From: Octopus sinensis
Lineage: Eukaryota
NCBI RefSeq assembly: GCF_006345805.1
Contig: NC_042998.1
Coordinates: forward strand, 37,882,001 to 37,946,000
DNA: 64,000 bases
Reading direction: 5' to 3'
The translations under genes and the position numbers were made by a program. The notes under the pieces were generated by a model. That model worked only from the letters and a program-made list of their open reading frames with translations. It searched no databases and was not told the origin of the DNA. Positions within the stretch are counted from its first letter, which is position 1, and every line of letters starts with the position of its first letter. Positions 1 to 11,796 of the stretch are shown here, piece after piece.

Positions 1-1235
1 TACACACGTTGCTTCCAAGCACTGCTGTAAACAGCGTAAGTTAGATAGAACGTTAAAACTTAGTGCGCATGCACATCAGTGTTTAAGGTCAACCTGTACC
101 AAGCGACTTTACTCAGCGTGCTTTAGCTTCATTACTATGGCAACAGACCACGTATTATAATCAAAGCTCCTTTCATCTCACCAACAGGTAGCAGCACATC
201 CGACATCTTACTACATACATCGTTCTCAAGTCAATCTACTTCTCTTCTCCTCGCCCTTCGCCCACAACCCATTAACATTTAATGCTTCTCTCATCTGAAC
301 ATCCATTCTTTAAATCGTGGCTGAAACTGGTGTGAATTACTGGTTCACACCCCTGCTCCCACCCCGCACCTTTCCCCCGTTTTTCTCGCAGCTTTCACAC
401 GTGCTCAATTCTCCTTTAAAATTCTATTTTTAACGGACCCAGTTATGAAACGATCTCTCTTTTTCTTTTTTCCTAACCGTTTCCTCCGCACCTCAAATGC
501 CAGCTATGCAGATTATTATTAGGCTAAACAGGCCAGTGACAAGTCGACAACTTTGTTGACATTCTCATAGACGTCACTGGTAACAACGGGCGAGACTCCG
601 TCGTCTGGCGTTTCTTCTAATTAAGTCATTGTTTACCTGTCCATGACGAGTGTCTTTTCGCCGGTGTTTTATACAATAAAATCTTTTTTCCCATTCAGAA
701 ATGCAGGAAATATCTCACCGAAGTGATTCTGTTTCTGCTACCTATATGTATACAAAGGCATACACAGATGCACACAGATACAGGCCCACACGTACTCGCA
801 CATTCACACACACATACACACACATGCAGAGATACACACACACACAGATACATAGACACAGAAACATACACAAACACACACACACACACACAAAGATACA
901 CATACACACGCATACACACACATACATACACATACAGAGATACACACAGACACACACACACATAGTACATTTCAGTAAAAACAAATGCAAACCCTAGTCG
1001 AAGATACCCGTGTACATGCTGCCGTACTTTAAACCCTCGCGTTACACGAACTCACAACAACCATAGGAATACACACAACATGCATGCAAATGATAGCAAG
1101 GCACCAATGTTCACATTCCGATTGTCTCCAATCATGATTTCATTCAAGTTCAACGTATAACACTTATCATTTTTGTCATGCACATAGGAAAGATGGAGTT
1201 TTGTTTTATTGTGAGAAGCTAGCTACTTCCTTTTA

Positions 1236-2472
1236 TTAGGTTATCAAGTATGAAATTTGTAGTAAGGTGTATGGTAAATTTTGACAGCTGCTCATTTTGT
1301 GCCATTATTATATTTTGACAATCTTTATTTTTTGTTAGAAAGTTTACACATGTATTTCTTTATTCTACTTCATTTTGCACTTTATAAAGTATTTATAAAT
1401 CATTTTTTGCTATTTTTATTTAGAGATGGATAAGTCGGAAATTCGTATAGTTTTCAAATATGAGTTATTTCTTGGAAATATAGCATCACAGACAGCTCGG
1501 AATATTAATGGAGTATTTCATTCTGATGTTATTATTCAGCAGACAGTATCAAATTGGTTTGCAAAATTTTGTTCTTGAACTTTGCTGTCGACCAGAAACA
1601 AAGGTGGAAAATGACGAACTGAAAGCCACCGCAGAGTCAGATCCATCTCAAAGTGCCCATTAATTATCGTTGTTGTTTGGTGTTAGCAAGCAAATAATAT
1701 TGACTCACCTATTTCAAATCGGTAAAGTGAAAAAGTTGGATAAGTGGGTTCTACATAAACTCAATGAAAATCAGAAACTCTTTCTCGTCACAAAAATGAA
1801 TAATTTGTGAATCGAATTGTAACATGAGATGAGAAATGGAGCCAATACAACAATTGTAAACGTTCAGCACAATGGTTGGACAAAGACGAGCCACCAAAAC
1901 AACACAGTCCAAACAAAGCAAAATTCATCAAAAGAACTGATAGTTTGGTAGTCTGGCACAGGTATCATCCATTATGATTTCATTAAACCTGGCTCATCAA
2001 TCACGGCCAAAGTATACTTCAGCCAACTGGACCAAATGATGCAGAAACTTATAAAGAAAACAGCCTAGATTAGTCAACAGATCCACTCCTATTTTATTGC
2101 AAGACAACGCCAGACCACACATCGCAAAAATGACATTGGCGAAACTACAGGAGTTGGAGTTGGAAGTTCTCCATCATCCACCATGCTCACTTAATCTTGT
2201 CCCCACTGACTACCACTTCTTCCAGAATTTGGATAACTTTTTGATAGGAAAAAAATTTAATTCCGACAATGATGTAAAACAGGCCCTCCAAGATTTTATT
2301 GACTATAGATTGCCTGGCTTTTACAGTTCCGGACTGGACAAGCTATCACTGAAATGGCAAAAGTGTATTGACAATATGGGTCCATACTTTGATGAATAAA
2401 ATTATTCCTTGTATTTATAAAACATCAGCAATTTTTTTTTCTTTTCTACAAGTTTCATACTTGACGACCTAA
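1236..2472 (+). mobile_element. Mariner (DD34D) DNA transposon, full length, decayed
   Basis: 25-bp TIRs: ttaggttatcaagtatgaaatttgt (1236-1260) vs reverse complement of 2448-2472, ttaggtcgtcaagtatgaaacttgt (22/25). TA dinucleotide on both sides. Encloses a broken mariner transposase. Confidence 0.93.
1426..2399 (+). pseudogene. Mariner transposase pseudogene (stops and frameshifts)
   Basis: Starts MDKSEIRIVFKYE...ARNINGVF. C-terminal ORF 2097-2399 has QDNARPH...HPPCSLNLVPTDYHFF, with 34 residues between the two Asp (mariner HDNARPH / YSPDLAPSDY motifs). Confidence 0.9.
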
Positions 2473-3548
2473 TAACATGGATATTAAAACAACAAATAAA
2501 ACCATACAGTCAGACGATAAATATTCTATGTTAGCGCCTAATTTTCCATCGATGTAATCCTTTACGTTGTTACTCCTAATTTTTAGAAAAACTTTGCTAA
2601 AGCAAGTCAAAACGATTATGGAACTCGTAGAGAATACTAAGCTTATATACTCCTTGTTTCAGGTAGCAAAGACTGGAGCCAGTGCTAAAGTATTATATTC
2701 TAGATTTTGTAGTAGAGTTTGTTGAAAAGATGTATAAAGCCATTCTGTGTGATAGCGAAGCATGGTTTTATTTCAGTTGTGTAATGTGGTCAGCTTCACC
2801 ATGTTATTTGCATTGAAGTTCATAATCTTTGCTTTGGTTATTCCTGCTACTTCTTGTAGGAGTGAACAGACGGTGTGCATCAGTTTCAAACGCACTCGAT
2901 ACAAGTTAAGTGTTTTGCTATTGCTTGGTGAGGAAAGATTGAGTGCACGGGTTTCTTCGAGGTTTCCAAAATTGGTGGCAGAGATGAAGGTTTCCTCAAA
3001 TCAGAAGTCTGGTTACTTGCAATAGAGTAGATTTCGCTAAACGTACCCAATGACCAGGTGATAGTAATAAACTGGGCGACGGATTAAGTAGACCACAATA
3101 GTTTTTGAACTCAAGAAGCAAAGAGCCGGAACGAATGCCGCAGGAAGCCGTCTCTGACATTCTTAGCGATTCTAACAGTTCACTGGTTTAGACTTGTCTT
3201 TTAGAATGAAAACCGTTGATGAACTTTACTACTTTTGAATTCACAACGCAGAAAGTCAGAATAAATACTGCAATATATTTCGTCTCGCATTCTAACATCT
3301 CTGCTACTCACCACCCGCAACCATTTTGCCGCCGCTATTTCTAGGGTATTTCTTTATAATTTCTGCTTGGACTTTTTTTTTTTTTTGATATTGTAATAAA
3401 ATTACGTGCTTTGTCCTTACCTGCTTTAAACTGCTGATCCAATCTGGTGTTATGGATGGTGATGTCGGATTCACAGTCGGAATCGACGGTTAGGATTTAG
3501 TTGTACAAATAACAAGTAAGCAGTTGAGTATTCTAAAGATGCGTGTAT

Positions 3549-3779
3549 TTCTTTACTGCCCACAAAAGGCTAAACACAGAGGGCACAAAGAAGGACAGAC
3601 AAACGGATTAAGTCGATTACATTGACCCCAGTACGTAACTGGTGCTTAATTTATCGATCCCGAAAGGATGAATGGTAAAGTCGACCTCGGCCGAATTTGA
3701 ACTCAGAACGTAACGGCAGGCGAAAGACGGCTACGCATTTCGCCCGGCGTGCTAACGTTTCTGCCAGCTCGCCGCCCTT
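3549..3779 (-). mobile_element. tRNA-derived SINE, family A, with 15-bp target-site duplication
   Basis: Minus-strand head aagggcggcgagctggcagaaacgttagcacgccgggcg with B-box-like gagttcaaattc. Flanked by direct repeat taaagatgcgtgtat at 3534-3548 and 3780-3794. Confidence 0.88.
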
Positions 3780-4199
3780 TAAAGATGCGTGTATACTAAT
3801 CAAGGATTGTTACTTGAATTTCAGACATCACCTGAAGTGAGACAGGTGGAAAACAACAGAGATAGAGAGCGTTCAAATGAAGTAGAATGCCGATCCGATA
3901 TAGAATTATTATCATCATTCTTTAACGAATTGTTTATACTGGACTGTAGAACTATTCTGAGAAAATTCTTGTTAAAGTGCATGAGATATTTCTGGCTGGA
4001 GTGGAAATTATTTGCTGATCAGTTCAAAGACCTTTACAGCCAAGTTGGACAGACAGTAATTTCATTGAGAAAAGTGACTTCAATGAAATTATATTCCTTT
4101 TCTTTTAATTATTTTTTTATTCTGTTACATGAATTAGATTTGTTTCGTCTTGTATTTATTTTCACTTGTTATTGAATTTTCAGTGCAATGGGCTGGCTC

Positions 4200-4811
4200 T
4201 GCCCATACTGCTAGTCTTTAGTGGTACAGTGGAATGCTGTCTTGCTTCTTCTTCCGCTGCGAAGCGTACTTCCACAGTGCCGAAGCGTTTTTCACTTGTT
4301 ACATATGTTTTACTCGTCCATACAGGTTTTAACGCGGATTCTATTTGCTGGTCAGTTGTTCATTCTACACTTTTAAAAAAATACTTGATCTGTAGATTAC
4401 AGTTTTTTTCCTGTTTCTTTTATCAGTTGTTGTGAGGTATTAAGGAAAATATTATTTTCTTCCTTCCTCAACAAACCCTTTACATTTTTTAAATCCTCAA
4501 TAATTAAATGAATTAACTCTCTCTCTCGTTTGTTTCGTCGCCGAGGCGAAACCGTTGCCACTTTGTTTGTCATTGTTTTGTGCCTACTGTGATCAGGTCT
4601 GTGGTGACGGTGTTTTCTTCACTTTTTCATTTTCCATGTTAATGGTGGTTCTGGTAGTGACGTTCGTGCTGCTACTCGTGTTGTTCAAATGGGGGAAATC
4701 TTGGCTGTACTGGCCGTCAGAACAGCCACTGCCACTCCCCTCGACAGAGGAAACCATCTTGTTTTCGTTAGACGAAAAACTAAAAATATTTCTAATGGAC
4801 AAAATATCCAA
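4200..4811 (-). pseudogene. Decayed LINE ORF1-like fragment (possibly L1/Tx1)
   Basis: Minus-strand frames give ELIHLIIEDLKNVKGLLRKEE, KTVIYR and TDQQIESALKPVWTSKTYVTSEKRFGTVEVRFAAEEEARQHSTVPLK, an RRM-like ORF1 pattern recalled from mollusc LINEs. Broken by stops and frameshifts. Confidence 0.45.
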
Positions 4812-4963
4812 AATTCGCCCCTAAAAGGGGGGGAAATCTTCAACAAGAGAACCCCTTCTATACAAAAGGAGTTCGGAAAACAAAAACAAACATTTAAGAA
4901 CCTTGAAAAAAGTCACAAGAAGATCCAAACTCACGGAGCGCTGAAAACACGTCTTACCTCGCT

Positions 4964-5033
4964 GACGACGACGACAACGACAACGACGACGACGACGACA
5001 ACAACAACAACAACAGCAACGACGACGACGACG

Positions 5034-5069
<36 letters not shown>

Positions 5070-5092
5070 TAATAATATAATAATAATAATAA
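4964..5092. repeat. Compound trinucleotide microsatellite (GAC/AAC)n(AAT)n
   Basis: Directly visible tandem repeats. Confidence 0.95.
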
Positions 5093-8000
5093 TACGGGAA
5101 TCAATGAATAAATAAAATCTAGTGATGATGTGGAATATAATCCGGCTTTAATTTCCTTACGGGCTGGAAAAATATGACAAAAGAAATAGAATTGATACGA
5201 TATGACATGTAAGAAAAACAAAGCAATTAAAAAGCTGCTGGCAGAACTGTCAGAAAGTAATATCATACAAGTGAAAACATGCTTTAGATGAAAACGGAGA
5301 GCGAGGAGAAAGCAATTCGCTTGTATCTATGATGACCGTCGAATATCTGAGGATTCTGTCTGACGTGACCGCGAGACAGTCTTTTCAATAGGATGGTTAC
5401 AGTAAGGCTAGGTTTTAAACATCATTGCGCTGGCCCCAATTCTCTCTCTCTTTCTCCACTTCTCTCTCATTCCCTCTCTATCTCCCTGTCTCACTGTGTC
5501 TATGATGATGACGATTGTTGCTGTCCGCTCTGCAAAATGTCAGCAAGTCGGCTTCATCCGGGTTCGGATCCGCACCTTCCATGATTGTTGCAGCACCCGC
5601 CTACTCGACTGTGCATCGGATGGTTACCTCACTGCCGATTGCCCAATCTTAAATTTTAGGTCCAGTAAAAGCTTACACAGCACCTCACAGTCTTTCTCCT
5701 CTCAAGTGACACAATCCAAAGACAATCCAGAGCAAGTGGCAACAGGGGCCGCAAGCTCAGTAACATAGGAGTGCCATATCAAGCGCAAGCAAAAGACCCC
5801 CAAAATGTTGAATGCTTTCCCCAGTTTGTGTGGTTCTATATCAGAGACAACTTCTAGAGACTTTCTTCCAGCAAGCCGTAACCCGGAAAGCCTCAGAGAT
5901 CGTACTATTGTTAGATAGTCGCTAAACCTACACTAGGTTCATCCATCCTTTTGACAAGTCTTCCCTTTAGTCCTGCTGGATTTCTAGCAGCCTCCTCACC
6001 TTATCGCCAACCAGACCATGAAATAGGTTATACTAGATTCCATATAACTAGTAGCACTCATGAGAAACCTCACAAGTCACCAGTGATTTGAGGTAGAAAT
6101 AGCCAGGTTGGTGTCCGAGGGCGCAGTAACCCCACTGAGAATAAAGGAATTTTTGGTCATTGTCCAGGGGTCCCTCAAGGGGAAGGCTAACCCGTATATG
6201 AAACCCACAACTCTCCTTTCCAGGTATCTTGCACTTTGCTTCCCTCTAGATGTCTAGATATTGCAAGGATGAAGATGGCTGTGTACGATATTTCGAATAG
6301 ATGTGGGATGTCCTGGGCTATTAACTAAATCTACACTGTCCAAATTGCTTGATATTAAAAATGAGAAATGACAGCTGTGAAGTCATTCATGAAATTAAGA
6401 GGGGAAAAGTAGTTTTTTTTTTTTTTGTGGTCATGGATATAAAAGCTGTGAGAAAAATATTTAGACCTAGGAGTAGAATTATTCAGAAAGGAGCTTATCG
6501 AAATGTCCTACAAGGATTGGAATACTCACAGCTGATCAGTGTGGAATTCGCATGGATTAGAGAGGAGAAAAATGCAAACTGTAGCATGTGTGAAAAGAAA
6601 CTACTCCTATCTCGTTGGAATCAATGTTACTGGATACCGAACCATTCCGTCGAAATGTCTTGTGATCTACGTCCAACAGTTGCAAAGTATTTTCACGCCA
6701 AACAAGCTGGAGGAAATTTATGTCTCCGCCTCAGTCGCCACAGTTTAATCATCGCATTTATATACAGGTAGACATACACACCGACTATGTACACATCGTA
6801 AGCAAATATACAACATATACATATAAATACATTAGAAAATATACAATGTATACATATGTATATCAACGTACACACAACTCTATTGACATCAATGTAAATT
6901 GTAATTATGTGCGTTTGCGTGTTTGTCTGTGTATACAATGATTAGAATCATGAAATAGGAAGGAGATGAGGTGTCTTCAGAAAGGCTTCATTTTTGTCTT
7001 GTGGTGTATTAAATATAATAATTTAGTACGAATATTCCTCCAGGAATAATGTTTTCTTCAAAACTGTCACGTCTAATGAGATTATAGAAACAGAAATGAG
7101 TAAATTGTATTATAACCAAAAATATGCAACAGAGATTTGAGTACAAATGTATTAATTTGTAACTTCAAGTCTATTTAATTGATGAAATTTTAATCGATGA
7201 AATTCTGACCTTGAAATAAGTTGGGTGAGAATGAAAAAGAGAGAAACAGTTAAACAGAGACAAGTTGAAAGATATATAGTCTATGAATTGTGGAAGGCGG
7301 GGAGAAAAGCGAATACGTAAAATAGAGGTTTTCTTTTGTTTTTGTGTACGCACATAATAAGTGTGTGCCTGTGAGAGAATATGCGTGTGTGTACATAGGT
7401 GTTCAAACAGTTCTGCGAATGTGTTTTTGCCTAGTTCCTTGTATATAAATTCACATAGTCAATGTACACAGGGTACAGCCTAAGACATGCATCCATAGAT
7501 ACGTACATAAACACACACACATGTATGTATGTACTAGTACGCATCCTACACATTGTGCCATACAATTCTACATTTACAAATAACTACAGACATAAAAGAC
7601 TAACTCTTCAGAACAAGAACATCATGGTTACACCAATGCTTCAACTCTGCATATACATAAAAAAACACATTTACCTTTGTATAGAGAGTGTATGGAAGAC
7701 TGTTACACATACATACATTAATAGAAGTAGATTCGCGTGCTTTAGTTGTCTGTATGTAGGATGGAATAATTGGAATTTTCGGTAAAAATGGCAAACGTCT
7801 GCTGAAAACTGATTACTCAGGTGTCTGCAGATATACATTCCAAGTCAAATACCAAAAGAATTGATACGATTCTAACAGAATGCACCCATAGCATAACATA
7901 ACCAATGTGAATCCTTTTGAACACGTTTCTGGTAAATTGTTTCTAGAGAACAATGAATATGCATTCGGTAGAAGTCCCTGTAATATGGAGGGGTTTCTAA

Positions 8001-8465
8001 TATTCTATGAAGTAAGGAAGGCAGCGGGCTGGTAGAATCGTGAGGACGAGAGGAACAATGCTTAATGAAATTTCTAAGTTCAAATTCCATCGACGAGGTT
8101 TACTCTGCCTTTCATCATTCTGGGACTGATAAAATAAGTCTTGAGATTGATGTGATCGACTTAACCCTATCCCCAGAAATTGCTGACCTCGTGCCAAAAT
8201 TTGAAACAAATGTTTATTATACATCAAACATGAAGAAATTAAAGAAGTGTTCGGGTTTTATGAATCCTTGACTGACTTGTAACTGGCTGAATTCCAAAAA
8301 TATACATACTTAACCAGAGATTATCATTAATTTGTCATTGTGTAAGGAGATGTTTAATTGAAGACAGACACATACAGAAGTATTTGAACACTTTTTACTT
8401 TCCATATAAATATTTAATTGCCAGCTTACAAACATAAGATAATATACCAAAAGTAATGGCAACCT

Positions 8466-8543
8466 TAATAACAACAATAACAACAACAACAACAACAACA
8501 ACACAACAACAACAACAAAAACAACAACAACAACAACAACAAC

Positions 8544-8580
<37 letters not shown>
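8466..8580. repeat. (AAC)n(AAT)n microsatellite, left edge of the AAT-nested cluster
   Basis: Directly visible; abuts the 5'-truncated LINE. Confidence 0.95.
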
Positions 8581-8583
<3 letters not shown>

Positions 8584-9166
8584 TACGCCAAAGTAACCCT
8601 GAAAAGAGGAAAACTAGTTAAGAGTAGCAACATCACACTAGATAAAGCCAATGAAATAAGAGAATTTGACCAAAGCCGAACTTACAAATATTTAGGAATC
8701 CATGAACTAGATAAGACACAACACACACAAATGAAAGAGAAAATAAAGAAAGAATACTATAGACGAGTTAGATCAATACTAAAAACGGAGCTCAATGCTA
8801 AAAACAAGGTAATAGGTATTAACACTTTAGCCGTCCCAGTTATAAGTTACAACTACAATATCCTTAATTGGACGCTAAATGAACTAATCAAAATAGATAG
8901 GAAAACAAGAAAAATAATGACAGGATCTAGGATGCATCACCCAAAATCTGACATAGAAAGGCTATATATACAACGTATAGAAGGTGGTAGAGGCCTTATA
9001 AAGCTGGAAAACTACTATAAAATAACCACGATAGGACTGCAAAAATACCTACTTCAGAAGCAAGGAAAACTGATACAAATAGCGGCAAAACACGAGCAAA
9101 ACAAAAAATTGTTCTCAGTATTTAAGGAAGCTGACAAATACAAGCAAGAAATCATACCACCTAACA

Positions 9167-9217
<51 letters not shown>

Positions 9218-10197
9218 TAGAAGAAGAAGAAGAAGAAGAAGAAGAAGAAGAAGAAGAAGAAGAAGAAGAAGAAGAAGAAGAAGAAAATACAACAAAAGCT
9301 ATAAAGCAAATGAAATCAAAACTAAAAATAGAACAGCAACGAACCATGATAAAACGATGGGAAGAAAAGCCCCTTCATGGCAAATACTGGACTAAACTAA
9401 ATGCAAAAGAAATAGTCTAAGAAAAATCCCAGCAATGGTTGAGAAGCTCAGGACTCGAAGCAGAAACAGAGGGATTTTTAATTGCAGCACAAGACCAAAG
9501 CTTCCCCACCAGAAATTACCAAAAACACGTAATGAAAAGAAATATAACAAGTAGCTGCAGAATATGTGGAGATGGACAAGAAACAATACACCATATTATC
9601 TCTGGCTGCCCAGTCTTGGCTAAGAAGGAATATATTCACAGACACGACAGAGTTGGGACCTACATACACTGGAAGCTATGCCAACATTATGGTATAACAA
9701 CAGAAAAAAGATGGTATAGTCACACACCAGAAAAGTCACAGAAAACGAGAAAGCAACCATACTCTGGGATATGTTAATACACACAGATAGAGAAATTAAG
9801 GCCAACATGAAGAAAAAAATGCTTTCTAATTGATGTATCAATACCAGCAGATGACAACGTGTCTCTAAAAGAAATGGAGAAACTTTCAAAATACAAAGAT
9901 CTGGAAATAGAGGTAACTAGAATGTGGAATCTAAAAACAGAAACAATTCCTATCATAGTAGGTGCATTAGGCATGATAAAAAAATATTCAGACAAATACA
10001 TAACAAAAACACCAGGACTTACAAACACATATAACATACAGAAAATTGCACTACTAGGCACTGCACACATCCTACGCAGAACACTTTCAATACAGTAACC
10101 ATCAGAGCATCACAACAAATCACAGCACATACCCAAGGCACACAGAGCTGCGCTCCGTAGTGAAGTGAAAGCACGTTATAAAATTAAAACTACTGAA
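8581..10197 (+). mobile_element. 5'-truncated R4/Dong-like non-LTR retrotransposon (RT C-terminus, CCHC finger, restriction-like endonuclease)
   Basis: RT end TYKYLG, ERLYIQRIEGGRGL, zinc finger CRICGDGQETIHHIISGC, RHD motif, REL remnants LIDVSIP...EKLSKYKDL...IIVGALG, terminal KIALLGTAHILRRTLS, short 3' UTR then (AAT)n. Dong elements are known to target TAA repeats. Confidence 0.88.
9169..9285 (+). repeat. (TAA)~16 + (GAA)~22 array inside the Dong-like ORF
   Basis: In frame after ...IIPPNK; the reading frame resumes as poly-Glu then NTTKAIKQMK. Confidence 0.92.
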
Positions 10198-10222
10198 TGA
10201 TAATAATAATAATAATAAAATA

Positions 10223-10293
<71 letters not shown>

Positions 10294-10296
<3 letters not shown>

Positions 10297-10756
10297 GGTA
10301 GGCTACAGCAAATATTCTGCTCAATACCACAGATTTGCTTGTCAGTTGCGTGACCTTAACCAGTTGAGCATGTCCCTTAGTGGCTGACGATATGTGCATC
10401 TCTGATCACGAGCAGAAGTAGTGGGGGAGCATCATAGCCGTGTGTTGAGAGGGATTCTTTGGGGTTTGGATAGTTAACCTTTGGAAACGTGCATGTGTTG
10501 TTCAACATCCTTAAACAATCCTTATTCAGAGACATTTTGAGCGGATGGGCTACTTGGCCTAAAGAAAATTCTAACTGGGCCCCACCTACAAACTCATGCG
10601 CTGTTTATTTTGATATGAGATCACCATGCCGCGCATATATGGTTGTGCTGCATGTGCCTGGTGTACCCTTAGCAGACGGGTAGTCATGATGGGTATACTG
10701 GGCTTCGTATATTTTACCCCAGTGTCACTTTGATGGCATGCACTGCTCTCTCACTC
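10294..10756. mobile_element. Unclassified ~464-bp non-coding interspersed element, copy 1, in (AAT)n
   Basis: Begins aaaggtaggctacagcaaatattctgctc, ends gcactgctctctcactc. Same termini as copies at 11302 and 11797. AAT repeats on both sides. Confidence 0.8.
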
Positions 10757-10821
<65 letters not shown>

Positions 10822-10824
10822 TGA

Positions 10825-11216
10825 TAATTCGGAATACTTGGTGATTTTTTTCAACCTCTTTACTCACAACATTCATGTCATTTGTTATGGCTACATCAAT
10901 GATCTGACAGTATTTGTCTCTCTTACTCAATATGACAATATCCGACCGACGGTGTTCGACCAAGTACCCCGAACTGAAAGTGGAAACGGCAAGACTGTAT
11001 GGAATGCGAGAGGGTAATGTAAAAGTGATACCAGTGGTGATCGGAGCGTTGAGCTCAATCCCATTGAAACTTCAACACTTCTTAAGGCAACTGGAAATCC
11101 ATGCAGAAAGCAGCCTTACTGGGCACAGTGCACATCTTAAGGCATTATCTGTCTGAGGTCCTTGTCGTGACTGGACTAAAAACTTCGGTGCATTTTACCT
11201 ACACTGTGTACGAAGG
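10825..11216 (+). mobile_element. Second R4/Dong-like 3'-end fragment with an inverted 5' segment
   Basis: 10825-10960 reads on minus as VEHRRSDIVILSKRDKYCQIIDVAITNDMNVVSKEVEK(ITKYSEL). 10959-11150 reads on plus as TKYPELKVETARLYGM...VIPVVIGALSSIP...MQKAALLGTVHILRHYLS, followed by 3' UTR and (AAT)n. Confidence 0.82.
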
Positions 11217-11232
11217 AATAATAATAATATCA

Positions 11233-11301
<69 letters not shown>

Positions 11302-11304
<3 letters not shown>

Positions 11305-11765
11305 GGTGAGCTACAGCAAATATCCTGCTCAATACCACAGATATATGTGTCAGTTGTTTGACCATGACCAGTTGAGCATGTCCCTTAGTGGCTGACGATA
11401 TGTGTATCTCTGATCACGAGCAGAAGTAGTGGGGGAGCATCATAGCCATGTGTTGAGAGGGATTCTTTGGGGTTTGAATATTCACCTTTGGGAACATGGG
11501 TGGTTCTTTTCAACATCCTTAAACAACCCTTATTCAGGGACCTTTTGAGCGGGATGGGCTACTCAACCTGAAGAAAATTCTAACTGGGCCCCACCTGCAA
11601 ATTCATGCGCTGTTTATCTTGATATGAGATCACCATGTCACGCACATATGATTGTGATGCATGTGCTTAGTGTACCCTTATCAGACGAGTAGTCATGATG
11701 GGTATATTGGGCTTCGTATATTTTACCCCAGTGTCACTTTGATGGCATGAACTGCTCTCTCACTC
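11302..11765. mobile_element. Unclassified ~464-bp element, copy 2
   Basis: Colinear with copies 1 and 3, same ends, flanked by (AAT)n. Confidence 0.8.
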
Positions 11766-11796
11766 AATAATAATAATAATGATAATAATAATAATA

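Noticed and set aside
695-997. HT/CV/YI-rich ORFs here and at 18410-18947, 48252-48914, 53365-53645, 54260-55126, 60579-61411
   Set aside because: They are translations of (CA)n, (TA)n, (TAGA)n and (TACA)n microsatellites, open in several frames and on both strands.
3060-3320. Very old SINE family A remnants
   Set aside because: Only scattered motif similarity; boundaries cannot be defined.
3789-4175. 128-aa plus-strand ORF as a host exon
   Set aside because: No recognisable domain, it runs into T-rich low-complexity sequence, and it lies beside a decayed minus-strand LINE ORF1-like relic.
7950-8271. Selenoprotein reading of the two in-frame TGA codons
   Set aside because: No redox-motif context and no SECIS-like element seen; ordinary nonsense decay is more parsimonious.
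10294-10756. HDV-like or hammerhead ribozyme inside the 464-bp element
   Set aside because: The visible pairings (ttctgctc/gagcagaa, ctggg/cccag) are nested rather than pseudoknotted, and ctgataag lacks a downstream GAAA. Not supportable without covariation analysis.
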